A stretch of 50,104 nt of DNA from Spirulina sp. (GTDB taxonomy: Bacteria; Cyanobacteriota; Cyanobacteriia; Phormidesmidales; Phormidesmidaceae). A model generated the notes under the pieces. That model did not search any database. It was not told the origin of the DNA and saw only the letters and a program-made list of their open reading frames with translations. The stretch is taken from positions 1 through 50,104 of the forward strand of contig JBIPSI010000036.1 of the NCBI GenBank assembly GCA_044070495.1, read 5' to 3'. Below are positions 1 through 8,618 of the stretch, piece by piece (the stretch's first letter is position 1; each line of letters starts with the position of its first letter). The translations under genes and the position numbers were made by a program.

Positions 1-100
1 AGCCTATATCTTTTTCAGCTTGCGTCGTTTTGTCGAGCAGCGGGCCAGCATAGGTGCGGTTCGCCTCCTCCACTGAGTGCCCCATCAGCTCAGCAGCGGC
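1..100 (-). pseudogene. Putative C-terminal remnant of a tyrosine recombinase/integrase (runs off the window start)
   Basis: The minus frame from 100 reads AAAELMGHSVEEANRTYAGPLLDKTTQAEKDIG. This has the box II LMGH-x8-Y spacing. An in-frame TAA lies immediately upstream (103-101), and the fragment is just 3' of a tRNA. Confidence 0.5.
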
Positions 101-122
101 TTAATGAGAATTTCAGATTCTC

Positions 123-170
123 AAAAGCATTGATGCGCAAGGGCTAGAACCCTTACGCATCAATGCTTTT
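123..170 (-). terminator. Long hairpin/intrinsic terminator downstream of tRNA-Val
   Basis: 21-bp arms AAAAGCATTGATGCGCAAGGG / CCCTTACGCATCAATGCTTTT. The single mismatch is a G-U pair on the minus strand, and the structure ends in a T run. Confidence 0.8.
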
Positions 171-176
171 ACAGTA

Positions 177-248
<72 letters not shown>

Positions 249-332
249 GTCGGTCTTATAAAGTAGCACAGGATGCGAACCTAGCTCAACTGATTTTCCA
301 ATTTTTCCGGTTGGGGCCGCGAGGGAAGACCG

Positions 333-809
333 TTAGGCGAGGTCGGTGGGGATGGGGTTGACTTGGGTTTGGGCGAGTTGGGCTTGGACGAGGAGTTCGA
401 TGTCTTGGCGGCGCACTTCGATGCCTTGGCCCAATTGGCCGGGGGTTTCGCAGAAGATCAGGCTGTCGATGGGTTTCATGGCCAGCAGTTGGAACAGGAT
501 GTTGATGACGGGAACGGGTAGGGCCATTACCTGGGGGTCTTTGATGGTCGCTTGGCTGGCGGCGGCGTCTGGCAGGGTGGGGTAGGCGTAGACGACGTTT
601 TTGCGGGTATTGGGCTGGGTGCGATTGCTGAGGGTGGTCATCACCCAGCTTTGCTCTAGGTTTTGCAGGATGTAGTACTGGGGGTATTTAAGCTGCACGG
701 CTATCGCCTTGAGGGTAGGGGCGATGGCAGCCACGGTGGTCGGGTTGATCAGGTGGCTGGGGGTGTTTTGCACCAGGTTGGCGATTTGGTCGTCGAGGGT
801 CATGAACAA
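333..809 (-). CDS. Conserved cyanobacterial hypothetical protein, divergent from hetZ
   Basis: 158-aa ORF with natural composition; ATG at 803 is the likely start. No family recognised. Confidence 0.7.
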   Translation of the reverse strand: MFMTLDDQIANLVQNTPSHLINPTTVAAIAPTLKAIAVQLKYPQYYILQNLEQSWVMTTLSNRTQPNTRKNVVYAYPTLPDAAASQATIKDPQVMALPVPVINILFQLLAMKPIDSLIFCETPGQLGQGIEVRRQDIELLVQAQLAQTQVNPIPTDLA

Positions 810-1092
810 TAGGGGGATGAGGGCCAGGGTGAAAATATTAGGTGCGTTGCCAGCTTTGGAGAGGTGTTAAACTTAAGCGGCAGGGATGGGGATGATGATC
901 GACATCCTTCAGGGGTGTTAGGGGCAGTCGGGTAACCAACTGCCCTCTAACTTGTCCTAAAGCTAGGCATCGTCCTCAGTATAGAGTAGCGTCGCGGCGT
1001 CCGTTTAACTTGGGGGCGGCGACCAAGGCATCTACATTACTTTCAAACACCTGAATATCGCACATCGATTTGTGTCGCTCTTTTAAGGATCA

Positions 1093-2232
1093 ATGCGCTT
1101 GAGCCAGGGGATCTGTTTGTTGTCTGTAGATGCTTTAACACAGGCTTTGTACGACGGGCTGCGGGAAAAGACCAGGGCTCCGGAGACGGCGTGTTGGGCC
1201 GTTGCGGGGCGCTTAGGACGAGAGGTGCAGCGAATTTGCAGTGAGAGCGACCGGATTCAGGCATCGGGGGAGGTGGCCGATTGGGCCTCTTCCCTGGGGA
1301 ACTATCGCCTGGAGCAATGTTTGCGGTACTACGGTTTGGGGTCGCGGCAGGGACGAGTTGATCTCCACAGCACCCTCAGCGCCATTGTCTATCGCTATAT
1401 GACGCCGCCCCACGGGCAGGTGAGCTATCCGGCTCGGCTGAGTTTAATTGAGGATTTTTTGCAGGGGTTTTACGTGGAGACGCTGGGGGCCTTTCGGCGG
1501 GAGAACCAGATGAGCGGCGAGTATCAACCCCGCACCCTGTTGGAACTGGCGGAGTTTATGGCCTTTGCGGAGCGCTATGGCAAGCGGCGGATTCCGCTGC
1601 CAGGGCATCGCAGCCAGCAGTTAATTATTCTCAGGGCGCAAACCTTTTCGCGACAGCAGCCCCCGGAGTTGGCGGTCGATATTACCCAGGCCATAGACTA
1701 TGGGGGCGAGAGCGACGATGTGCGTCCAGTGGCCTCTCACCAGCGGATTCGGGAGGAACTGTTGGCCCAAGGGGAGGAGGTGCCGGAGTGTTCCCTGCGA
1801 GATGAGGTGATCGAGAAGCTGATGGATTACCTCAAGGAGCGGGATCAAATGGACTGTGCCGACTATTTCACCCTGCGGCTGATGGACTTGCCCACCCAGG
1901 AGATTGAGGCCCTGCTCCATCTCACCCCCCGTCAGCGGGACTACCTTCAGCAGCGGTTTAAGTATCACCTGCTGCGCTTTGCCCTGTCCCACCATTGGCA
2001 ATTGGTGCACGAATGGTTAGGTGTGGGGTTAGAGACTAACCTAGGGCTAACCCCGCAGCAGTGGCAGCAGTGGCAGCAAACCTTGACCCCGCCGCAGGCT
2101 GAATTGCTACGTTTAAAGCAGACGGGGGTAGCCGATGGAGAGGCGGCTAAACAACTGGGCCTTACCACTAACCAACTCCATAAGCAATGGACTAAATTGT
2201 TGGCACAGGCGTGGGAAATTCGTAATCTTTAG
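1093..2232 (+). CDS. hetZ: HetZ (heterocyst differentiation regulator homologue, C-terminal HTH)
   Basis: Motifs EVQRICSESDRIQASG, LHSTLSAIVYRY, QQLIILRAQTF and RQRDYLQQRFKYH; C-terminal HTH; followed by patU. Confidence 0.88.
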   Translation: MRLSQGICLLSVDALTQALYDGLREKTRAPETACWAVAGRLGREVQRICSESDRIQASGEVADWASSLGNYRLEQCLRYYGLGSRQGRVDLHSTLSAIVYRYMTPPHGQVSYPARLSLIEDFLQGFYVETLGAFRRENQMSGEYQPRTLLELAEFMAFAERYGKRRIPLPGHRSQQLIILRAQTFSRQQPPELAVDITQAIDYGGESDDVRPVASHQRIREELLAQGEEVPECSLRDEVIEKLMDYLKERDQMDCADYFTLRLMDLPTQEIEALLHLTPRQRDYLQQRFKYHLLRFALSHHWQLVHEWLGVGLETNLGLTPQQWQQWQQTLTPPQAELLRLKQTGVADGEAAKQLGLTTNQLHKQWTKLLAQAWEIRNL

Positions 2233-2256
2233 TATCCGGATAGGCGGATTTAGGCC

Positions 2257-3207
2257 ATGAATAGAGACTCAGATATCATGAAAGCCATCCTGCTGAAGCT
2301 GCTGTTTGAGGCGGATTCGGCGGAAGGTTCCCCATCAGGAGACGACCGTCTAAGTTCCTCTACCTCGGCCCCATGGCCCGATTCTGTAGCATCCGATGAC
2401 GTATTCGCCTATTCCCACGGTGCAGACCCCAATGCCGTTTTCGACCCTGGAGATCATCCCGTCGTGCAAACCCATTTTGAAGCTCTTTTAAAGCGCCGCC
2501 TCAGCCAAGACATTGCCCAACATCCACCCCTGTTTCCCTGGGAGCAGGGTCTCCAAGACTACCCTGACCAATTGCGCCTAGAGGTGGGGGTTGCCTCCAT
2601 TTGGCTAGACCACCTGCAAAACCTAGAAGTTCCCGCCGATTTCCCGGAGGAGGTACTGGCGGAACTATTGGGCCACTGCCAGCGAGCCACCCGTCAGGCC
2701 CAACAATTGGGGCGGCAACTGATGGAGGCGGTGGAAGCCTTCTTCCCTGACCAATCCCAAGACCTAGCCTACGTGGCGGGGTTGGTGGCGCGGCCCAATT
2801 TTCGCGGAACGGCAGCGGCCCTTGGCACCGTAGACTATACGAGTGCCTCGCCCCAGCAGCAAATAGCTCTCACCATGCTGGCCGCCCGTCAGATTTTTGA
2901 GGCCCTTTCCCTCACCGTTTCCCCCCTAGCCCCCAGCATCCACCGCACTTGGATGACCGCCGCTGGCCCCCTCAGCATTGCTGTGGCGCGGCTGAATGAG
3001 GCCATTGTAGAAGTGCGGGCCGAATTGCCTCAAGCTGGGGCCGTGGTGCTTACGGGGCTCACCGATACCCTCCACTCAGATCGTTCCACAGCGGGGGAAG
3101 TTATCCTCCAACTAACCTACCCCCAACCCTACACCCCCTACACCCTAGAGGTCAGCCTAGGGGAGGAAACAACGCCCCTGCGATTCCAACTGACTGTTGA
3201 AGCCTAG
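2257..3207 (+). CDS. patU: PatU (single ORF spanning the PatU5-like and PatU3-like parts)
   Basis: N-terminus MNRDSD..ILLKLL and the motif FEALLKRRL...HPPLFPWE; directly downstream of hetZ. Confidence 0.8.
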   Translation: MNRDSDIMKAILLKLLFEADSAEGSPSGDDRLSSSTSAPWPDSVASDDVFAYSHGADPNAVFDPGDHPVVQTHFEALLKRRLSQDIAQHPPLFPWEQGLQDYPDQLRLEVGVASIWLDHLQNLEVPADFPEEVLAELLGHCQRATRQAQQLGRQLMEAVEAFFPDQSQDLAYVAGLVARPNFRGTAAALGTVDYTSASPQQQIALTMLAARQIFEALSLTVSPLAPSIHRTWMTAAGPLSIAVARLNEAIVEVRAELPQAGAVVLTGLTDTLHSDRSTAGEVILQLTYPQPYTPYTLEVSLGEETTPLRFQLTVEA

Positions 3208-3272
3208 GGGACGCTCTGCTTAGCCTGGAAGGGGAGGGTAACGAGCCATCGTCCTTGGTTTACACTAGGGCC

Positions 3273-3737
3273 ATGACCGCCCCCGATCCCACCCCCCTGA
3301 CCGAGATTGCCCTCCAGCCCCCGTCCAAGTCGGATGCGGGGCTGGCTCCGTTGCTGTTGACGGTGATTGAACTGGTGCGCCAACTGATGGAGGCCCAGGT
3401 GATTCGGCGCATGGAGGGGGGCGAACTCAGCGACGACGACCTAGATCGAGCCTCGGAAAGCTTGACCAAGCTAGAGGAGCAGGTGGTGCACCTGTGCGAA
3501 ATTTTTGAAGTGGATCCGGCGGAGCTCAACATTGACCTGGGGGAAATGGGCACCCTGCTGCCTAGGGTGGGCCATTACTATCCGGGCGAAGTCTCCCAAA
3601 GCCCGACGATTTTGGAATTGCTGGATCGCCTCTTAGATACGGGGGTGGTGGTGGAGGGGAACGTGGAACTGGGCATGGCTCGCCTGAATCTGATCCACGC
3701 TAAGCTGCGGCTGGTGCTGACCTCTAAGCCCGTCTAG
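3273..3737 (+). CDS. gvpK: Gas vesicle protein GvpK
   Basis: GLAPLLLTVIELVRQLMEAQVIRRME and LNIDLG (GvpK), plus a GvpA/J-like tail ILELLDRLLDTGVVV. ATG at 3273. Confidence 0.88.
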   Translation: MTAPDPTPLTEIALQPPSKSDAGLAPLLLTVIELVRQLMEAQVIRRMEGGELSDDDLDRASESLTKLEEQVVHLCEIFEVDPAELNIDLGEMGTLLPRVGHYYPGEVSQSPTILELLDRLLDTGVVVEGNVELGMARLNLIHAKLRLVLTSKPV

Positions 3738-3757
3738 TCGGTCTAGTCCAGGTGGAT

Positions 3758-4147
3758 CTAGTCTACGACGGGGCTGCCGTGGTGATGGGTCATATACCAG
3801 CGTCCGGCCATGCGTTCAAAGCCGTTGGTGGCCATGGAACGGGCCTGAAGTCGCCGCCCCTGGCTAATTTGCAGCACGTTTTCCACCAGCACGACGTAGG
3901 CCAGATCGCCACTGACTTCCACGGTCAAAACATCGGTGTCGATTTCGATGTAGCTGGTGTGGGCAAAAATTCTGGCCCAGGCCTCGCGAATCTCCGTCCA
4001 TCCCTTGAGGGCATCGCGACCTGGGTGGATGCAGAGGCAGCCGATGCCCTTAGACCAGACGGCCTCCATCGCTTCGAGGTCTTTTTTCTCAAAGCTGCGA
4101 TAGAACGCCTGATTGGCGGCCAAAACTAATTCCCGATCATCAGCCAT
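3758..4147 (-). CDS. NTF2/SnoaL-like fold protein
   Basis: ANQAFYRSF, CIHPG, ATNGFE and HHHGSP. Start taken at MADD (the ORF can extend to 4201). Confidence 0.8.
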   Translation of the reverse strand: MADDRELVLAANQAFYRSFEKKDLEAMEAVWSKGIGCLCIHPGRDALKGWTEIREAWARIFAHTSYIEIDTDVLTVEVSGDLAYVVLVENVLQISQGRRLQARSMATNGFERMAGRWYMTHHHGSPVVD

Positions 4148-4266
4148 AGGCTCCTCACTGATAAGATACAAGGGCTTTTCCTGGCCTCCTCTGTTGAGCA
4201 TAGCTAACCGCTCCGGGGTCTAACCACCTTGGCGGCCCAGATTTTTTATCCCCGCTCCGAATTCCT

Positions 4267-5202
4267 ATGCTGACCCTCGAAAACCTCTGTAAGTCCTATG
4301 GTTCTAAGCCCGTTCTGCAAGATTTGAGCTTGGCCCTTGAACCGGGGGAAATCTACGGCCTGCTGGGGCCAAACGGAGCCGGAAAAACCACCACCATCAA
4401 CATCATTTGCGGCCTACTGAAGGCCGATGCTGGGGCCGTTTACCTGGGTGGCCAACCCGCCAGTGCCCGTACCAAGGGCCAGGTGGGCATCGTCCCCCAG
4501 AGCAATTTGCTCTACACCAGCCTCTCCTGCCGGGATAATTTGGCCTTTCTAGGGCGGCTGTATGGGCTGTCTCGCCAAGACTGTCGGCGGCGCATTGAGG
4601 TGTGCCTGGGGGCGGTGAACTTGCTGGAGAAGCGCCATACCCCCGTAGAGCGCCTTAGCGGCGGCATGCAGCGGCGGCTGAGCTTGGCGGCGGCCATGCT
4701 CCACAAACCCCAACTGGTGATTTTGGACGAACCCACCACCGGGTTAGACATTGAGTCCCGCCAGGATGTGTGGCAACTGATCCGCCAACTGAGGGAGATG
4801 GGGGTGACGGTGCTGCTCACCAGCCATCTGTTCGACGAGGTGGAGCGTCTCTGTCAGCGCATTGGCATCCTCAAGCAGGGGCGCATTGTGGCCGAGGGCA
4901 GCCTAGACACCCTGCGGCAGCGCATCCCCGCCCACGAAATCGTTACCCTCGACACCCCCGACCCCGACAGCGCCATCCAACGCGGGAATCAGTTGGGCTA
5001 TGCCCACCGCTACTACGGCGGCGAACTCGCCTTTTGGGTGCCCGACCAGCCCGACCTCAAGGAACTGATTGCCCGCTTCGATGGCGTCCCCCTCGACTCC
5101 ATTGCCCGCCATCCCATCAAGCTAGAGCATGTCTACCTAGAGGTAACCCGCCAAGCAGTCATCCCCTCCCCTGAGGTGGGGCGGCTGTCCTCCGTGGGAT
5201 AA
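4267..5202 (+). CDS. ABC-2 type exporter ATP-binding subunit
   Basis: Walker A GPNGAGKT, signature LSGGM, Walker B ILDEPT and H-loop SH. Confidence 0.92.
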   Translation: MLTLENLCKSYGSKPVLQDLSLALEPGEIYGLLGPNGAGKTTTINIICGLLKADAGAVYLGGQPASARTKGQVGIVPQSNLLYTSLSCRDNLAFLGRLYGLSRQDCRRRIEVCLGAVNLLEKRHTPVERLSGGMQRRLSLAAAMLHKPQLVILDEPTTGLDIESRQDVWQLIRQLREMGVTVLLTSHLFDEVERLCQRIGILKQGRIVAEGSLDTLRQRIPAHEIVTLDTPDPDSAIQRGNQLGYAHRYYGGELAFWVPDQPDLKELIARFDGVPLDSIARHPIKLEHVYLEVTRQAVIPSPEVGRLSSVG

Positions 5203-5369
5203 CCAGGGCGAGGATCGAGGTCTGGCTATCCCATAAGATTTGTAACCCACCCCAGCTATCTGAATGCTGCACGGTTGAAAGAACGGTTTAAGATGAGAGC
5301 AAGGGTTACATCCCTTCACACTTTACCCTTCACCTCCCACCTCTGTTTTCCCCTCTACCCGCTGGTGCC

Positions 5370-5600
5370 ATGTCGTTCTTTCGGTCTTATATTGCCCCGC
5401 TGCTGATTGTGCTCATTTTTGCCGTAGCCATGCTGGCGGTGAGTGCCCGCATCTTTTTGCCCAGCGACATGATGGCCCCCGCCCCCCTTGAGGAACCTGT
5501 GTCTACCCTGCCAACAGATCTCCTGGGGGCTAGCGATGGAGGATCCGTTGATCTGTCCGAATTCATCCATGGCCCTGCGGCTTATCAGGTCGAGGGCTAG
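5370..5600 (+). CDS. Small single-TM cyanobacterial membrane protein
   Basis: YIAPLLIVLIFAVAMLAVSARIFLPSDMMAPAP: a hydrophobic helix followed by a conserved-looking motif. Confidence 0.7.
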   Translation: MSFFRSYIAPLLIVLIFAVAMLAVSARIFLPSDMMAPAPLEEPVSTLPTDLLGASDGGSVDLSEFIHGPAAYQVEG

Positions 5601-5707
5601 CCTACATTTCATGAACCTTAGGGATACCAAGTCCTAAGGGTTCGGTACCCTGTGGAAGGTTGGGGGGCCATGACCCACCCGCTCTTTTTCGCTGTGGGGT
5701 GCCTATC

Positions 5708-7546
5708 GTGTCCGCATTGCCGTTTATTATCCAAAAGTTTGTCTTCCAGCCGGAGGGGCAGGCCAACATTGTTGACCTAGACGATGCCACGGGCAATCCG
5801 GGCACCATTCCGGGCTACTTTGTGATGAGCAGCGCCCCACCCAACATTGATCCCACCCCGGAGGAACTGGAGGGGATCAATGAAGCCCTCCAGCAGGAAC
5901 AGGCGCGGCAGGGGGTAGAGGAGATTGCCGATCATCTGCATCGGATGATGGCCGCCAACCCAGAGGGCCATGCCGAACTGGTGATTACGGTACATGGCTA
6001 CAACACCAGCCGCCGAGGGGTAGAGGCTTGGTATAAAAACATTTTCAAGTCCATCAACCGCCACGATGATGCCATTCGGGACAAGGCTAACCACGTTTTC
6101 ATCGGCTATCGCTGGCCCTCGGAAAACGTCAAGCTGAGCCGATTCCCAGAGGCGTTGCTGGCTCTACCGCCCCTCCCCCGCGATATTTTGGCGTCTGGGA
6201 TGCTGGGGTTTGTGCTGCTGGTTATTATCCAATTCCTAGCCTTTGGGGCCACCCTGTGGGGATGGTTGGTTAGTGCGGTGCTCGGCCTTTTGACGGCCCT
6301 AGGGCTGCTGATGTTTGCCCTGGTGGTGCTGCGGCTGGTGGTGTATTTTCGAGATAACTACCGCGCCAACAACTTTGGGGTGCTGGATCTAGTAGAACTG
6401 CTGCGCCAGATTGACCACGCCATTGTGCAGCGCACCGCCGAAGAGATGTTTCCCGGCATGGCGCAGGCTTCTCCCACCGATCAGGCGAAGGCCATGGCCC
6501 AGGCCCAGAACTACTGGGGGCGGCGTTCTCGCAATAAGGTGAAGCTGAGCTTCATTGGCCACAGCATGGGGGCCTTTGTGGTCACCAATGTGGTGCGGAT
6601 TCTATCGGATGTGTTTGACAGCAGTTCCGTCAACAAGCGCCCCGATAGCGACGTGGGGGATGTGTTTCGCCTAGAGCGCTTGGTGCTAGCCTCCCCGGAT
6701 ATTCCGGTGCTGACGATTATCACTAGTCGGGCCAACTTCCTGGCATCGTCCCTGCGGCGATTCTCCGAGTCCTACCTGTTTTCCAGCGAGGGAGACATTG
6801 CCCTACGCATTGCCTCCACCGCCGCCAACTACATCGCCTTCCCCAGCCGCAGCCAGTCTCGTGGTTATCGCCTGGGCAATGTGGCCCTCAAAAATCCCTC
6901 CGGCACCCGTGCCGACTACGGCCTGCTGAACCTGCCCCACCTAGAGCAAGACTTCCCCCTCGATCTCCCCATCAGCGTGGCCCTCGCCCAGGCCCAGGAT
7001 CGGGTGATGGAGATGCTTTTCCTCACCTTCCAGCGGTTTCAGGCCCAGGGGGTGGTCACCCTGGCCAGCCTATTCCAGGAACAGACCAGCAGCCCCAGCA
7101 ACCAGGCCACCATCGCCGATCTGTTCACCTACTTCGACTGCACCGACTATGTGGATGTGCGCTACAACCCCGCCGACAACACCTGTTCCGCCCAGCCCCT
7201 GGGCCTACTCACCAGAGCCAAGGGCAAACCCGTGCTCAAATCCCTAGACTATTTCCTGCTCACCCTCGACTATGCCACGGGCAAGCGCGATGTTCACGGC
7301 GGCTACTTCCAGGGACAATTCAGTCAACAACTCCTCTACAGGCTGGCGTTTCTCGGCTTTGGCGGCTACCTCAAAACCTTCGATGCCGACCCCCAGGTGG
7401 CCCTCAGCCAGTTTCACCTCGCCTGCCAAGACAAGCACATCCAGGGCTATCTCTCCCCCTTCCGCTACCGCGTGGATATCCAGGGTGGCAACCGCCAAGG
7501 GGCCTTGAGGGATATGTTGAATGCCATCGAAGAAAAGGCTTCCTAG
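5708..7546 (+). CDS. Alpha/beta hydrolase (DUF900-like) with inserted transmembrane hairpin
   Basis: VHGYN oxyanion motif, YRWPS, nucleophile elbow GHSMG, LASPDI and C-terminal VHGGYF. Start uncertain (GTG 5708; ORF open from 5660). Confidence 0.75.
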   Translation: MSALPFIIQKFVFQPEGQANIVDLDDATGNPGTIPGYFVMSSAPPNIDPTPEELEGINEALQQEQARQGVEEIADHLHRMMAANPEGHAELVITVHGYNTSRRGVEAWYKNIFKSINRHDDAIRDKANHVFIGYRWPSENVKLSRFPEALLALPPLPRDILASGMLGFVLLVIIQFLAFGATLWGWLVSAVLGLLTALGLLMFALVVLRLVVYFRDNYRANNFGVLDLVELLRQIDHAIVQRTAEEMFPGMAQASPTDQAKAMAQAQNYWGRRSRNKVKLSFIGHSMGAFVVTNVVRILSDVFDSSSVNKRPDSDVGDVFRLERLVLASPDIPVLTIITSRANFLASSLRRFSESYLFSSEGDIALRIASTAANYIAFPSRSQSRGYRLGNVALKNPSGTRADYGLLNLPHLEQDFPLDLPISVALAQAQDRVMEMLFLTFQRFQAQGVVTLASLFQEQTSSPSNQATIADLFTYFDCTDYVDVRYNPADNTCSAQPLGLLTRAKGKPVLKSLDYFLLTLDYATGKRDVHGGYFQGQFSQQLLYRLAFLGFGGYLKTFDADPQVALSQFHLACQDKHIQGYLSPFRYRVDIQGGNRQGALRDMLNAIEEKAS

Positions 7547-7606
7547 GCGAGAGGGCTGGGCTGGGTGGTCGAATTGGCAGGGATCGAGACCCATGGTTTT
7601 GGCCCA

Positions 7607-7618
7607 TTTCTTAAGAAA
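7607..7618. promoter_or_regulatory. 12-bp perfect palindrome upstream of the 2Fe-2S/PAS/SpoIIE operon
   Basis: TTTCTTAAGAAA. A TAGACT -10-like hexamer lies further downstream (~7659). Confidence 0.3.
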
Positions 7619-7699
7619 ATCCTTGGCTTCCGGCCCGTCTGCCCCCGCCCCCCCTGTTTAGACTAAAGGGGTTGCCTTTGCCCTTCATTCCACAGCGCC

Positions 7700-7975
7700 A
7701 TGGCGAAAGAAAACCTGTTTCTTTGTATGGGGTCGGCCTGTCACCAAATGGGGGTCTACGATGTGTTGCCCCAGCTTCAGGCGTTAATTCAGGCCCACAA
7801 TTTGGATGACGTGATTGAACTGAAGGGTTCCTTCTGTCTAGAAACGTGCAGTCAGGGGATTGTGATGAAGTTTCAGGATCATCGCTTTTTGGGCATTAGT
7901 CCTCAAAATGTAGAAACAATTTTCGTCGAGCGTATTTTACCAATGATTCAGGCGGCCCTTGCCCACGCCCAGTAG
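7700..7975 (+). CDS. Thioredoxin-like [2Fe-2S] ferredoxin (HfsA/NuoE-C-like)
   Basis: CMGSACH ... ELKGSFCLETC, i.e. two Cys pairs C-x4-C and C-x3-C; 91 aa. Confidence 0.85.
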   Translation: MAKENLFLCMGSACHQMGVYDVLPQLQALIQAHNLDDVIELKGSFCLETCSQGIVMKFQDHRFLGISPQNVETIFVERILPMIQAALAHAQ

Positions 7976-7985
7976 GGATTTTGTT

Positions 7986-8615
7986 ATGGTAAACCCTGCC
8001 TTTCCCAACCCCTCCCCCCATCCCAAAAACGAGGATACCGATCCTCAAGATCACCATCACCTTTGGCAGTTGTTGTGGGAATACGACCCCAATGGCCTGC
8101 TGGTGGTGGATGCGGATCTCTATATTAAGCTGGTGAATCCGGCCTTTTGTCGGATGTTTAAGGTGCAGCCTGAGGATGTTATCGGACAGCCTGCTAGCAC
8201 CATTTTGGACGACGTGAGTGATTTTCGACGAGTGTGGGAAACGGGGGAAGTCTATCGCGGTAAGCCAAGGGAATTTGCCCAGTACAATCTATTAGTCAAT
8301 CAGGTGATTTTTCCCATCCCCGATGAGGGGATTGTCGCTTGCATTATGGCGGACTACAGTCATCAACTGATCGAGCGGCGAGAACTAATGGCCATCAAAG
8401 AAACCACCATTCAGCAGGTAAACCAGGTGGTGGATAACCAAATGAAGGTCGTCCAGGAAATTGCCGGGTTACTAGGGGAAACCACGGCCCAAACCAAGGT
8501 GAGTCTTTTAAAAATTGTGCAAATGCTCCAGCACGAAGCGGTGGATGCCGTGGCGGTGAGGCCCGTGGATAGGGGAGGTGCCGACGCAGCGCGTGCCAGG
8601 GTGGAGGACGGCTAG
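7986..8615 (+). CDS. PAS-domain protein with a HydS/HfsB-like C-terminal helical tail
   Basis: PAS start DPNGLLVVD...VNPAFCRMF...VIG; tail VVDNQMKVVQEIAGLLGETTAQTKVSL. ATG at 7986. Confidence 0.8.
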   Translation: MVNPAFPNPSPHPKNEDTDPQDHHHLWQLLWEYDPNGLLVVDADLYIKLVNPAFCRMFKVQPEDVIGQPASTILDDVSDFRRVWETGEVYRGKPREFAQYNLLVNQVIFPIPDEGIVACIMADYSHQLIERRELMAIKETTIQQVNQVVDNQMKVVQEIAGLLGETTAQTKVSLLKIVQMLQHEAVDAVAVRPVDRGGADAARARVEDG

Positions 8616-8618
8616 CCC

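Noticed and set aside
3731..3765. TCTAGTC three times at convergent gene ends
   Set aside because: Very short, irregularly spaced and includes both stop codons; consistent with the general CTAG richness.
7404..7607. Minus-strand 67-aa ORF containing RGSGR (PatS/PatX/HetN pentapeptide), tempting given hetZ, patU and sepJ nearby
   Set aside because: The motif lies antisense within the hydrolase coding region, and the ORF has no hydrophobic signal peptide as PatX does. Most likely chance in GC-rich DNA.
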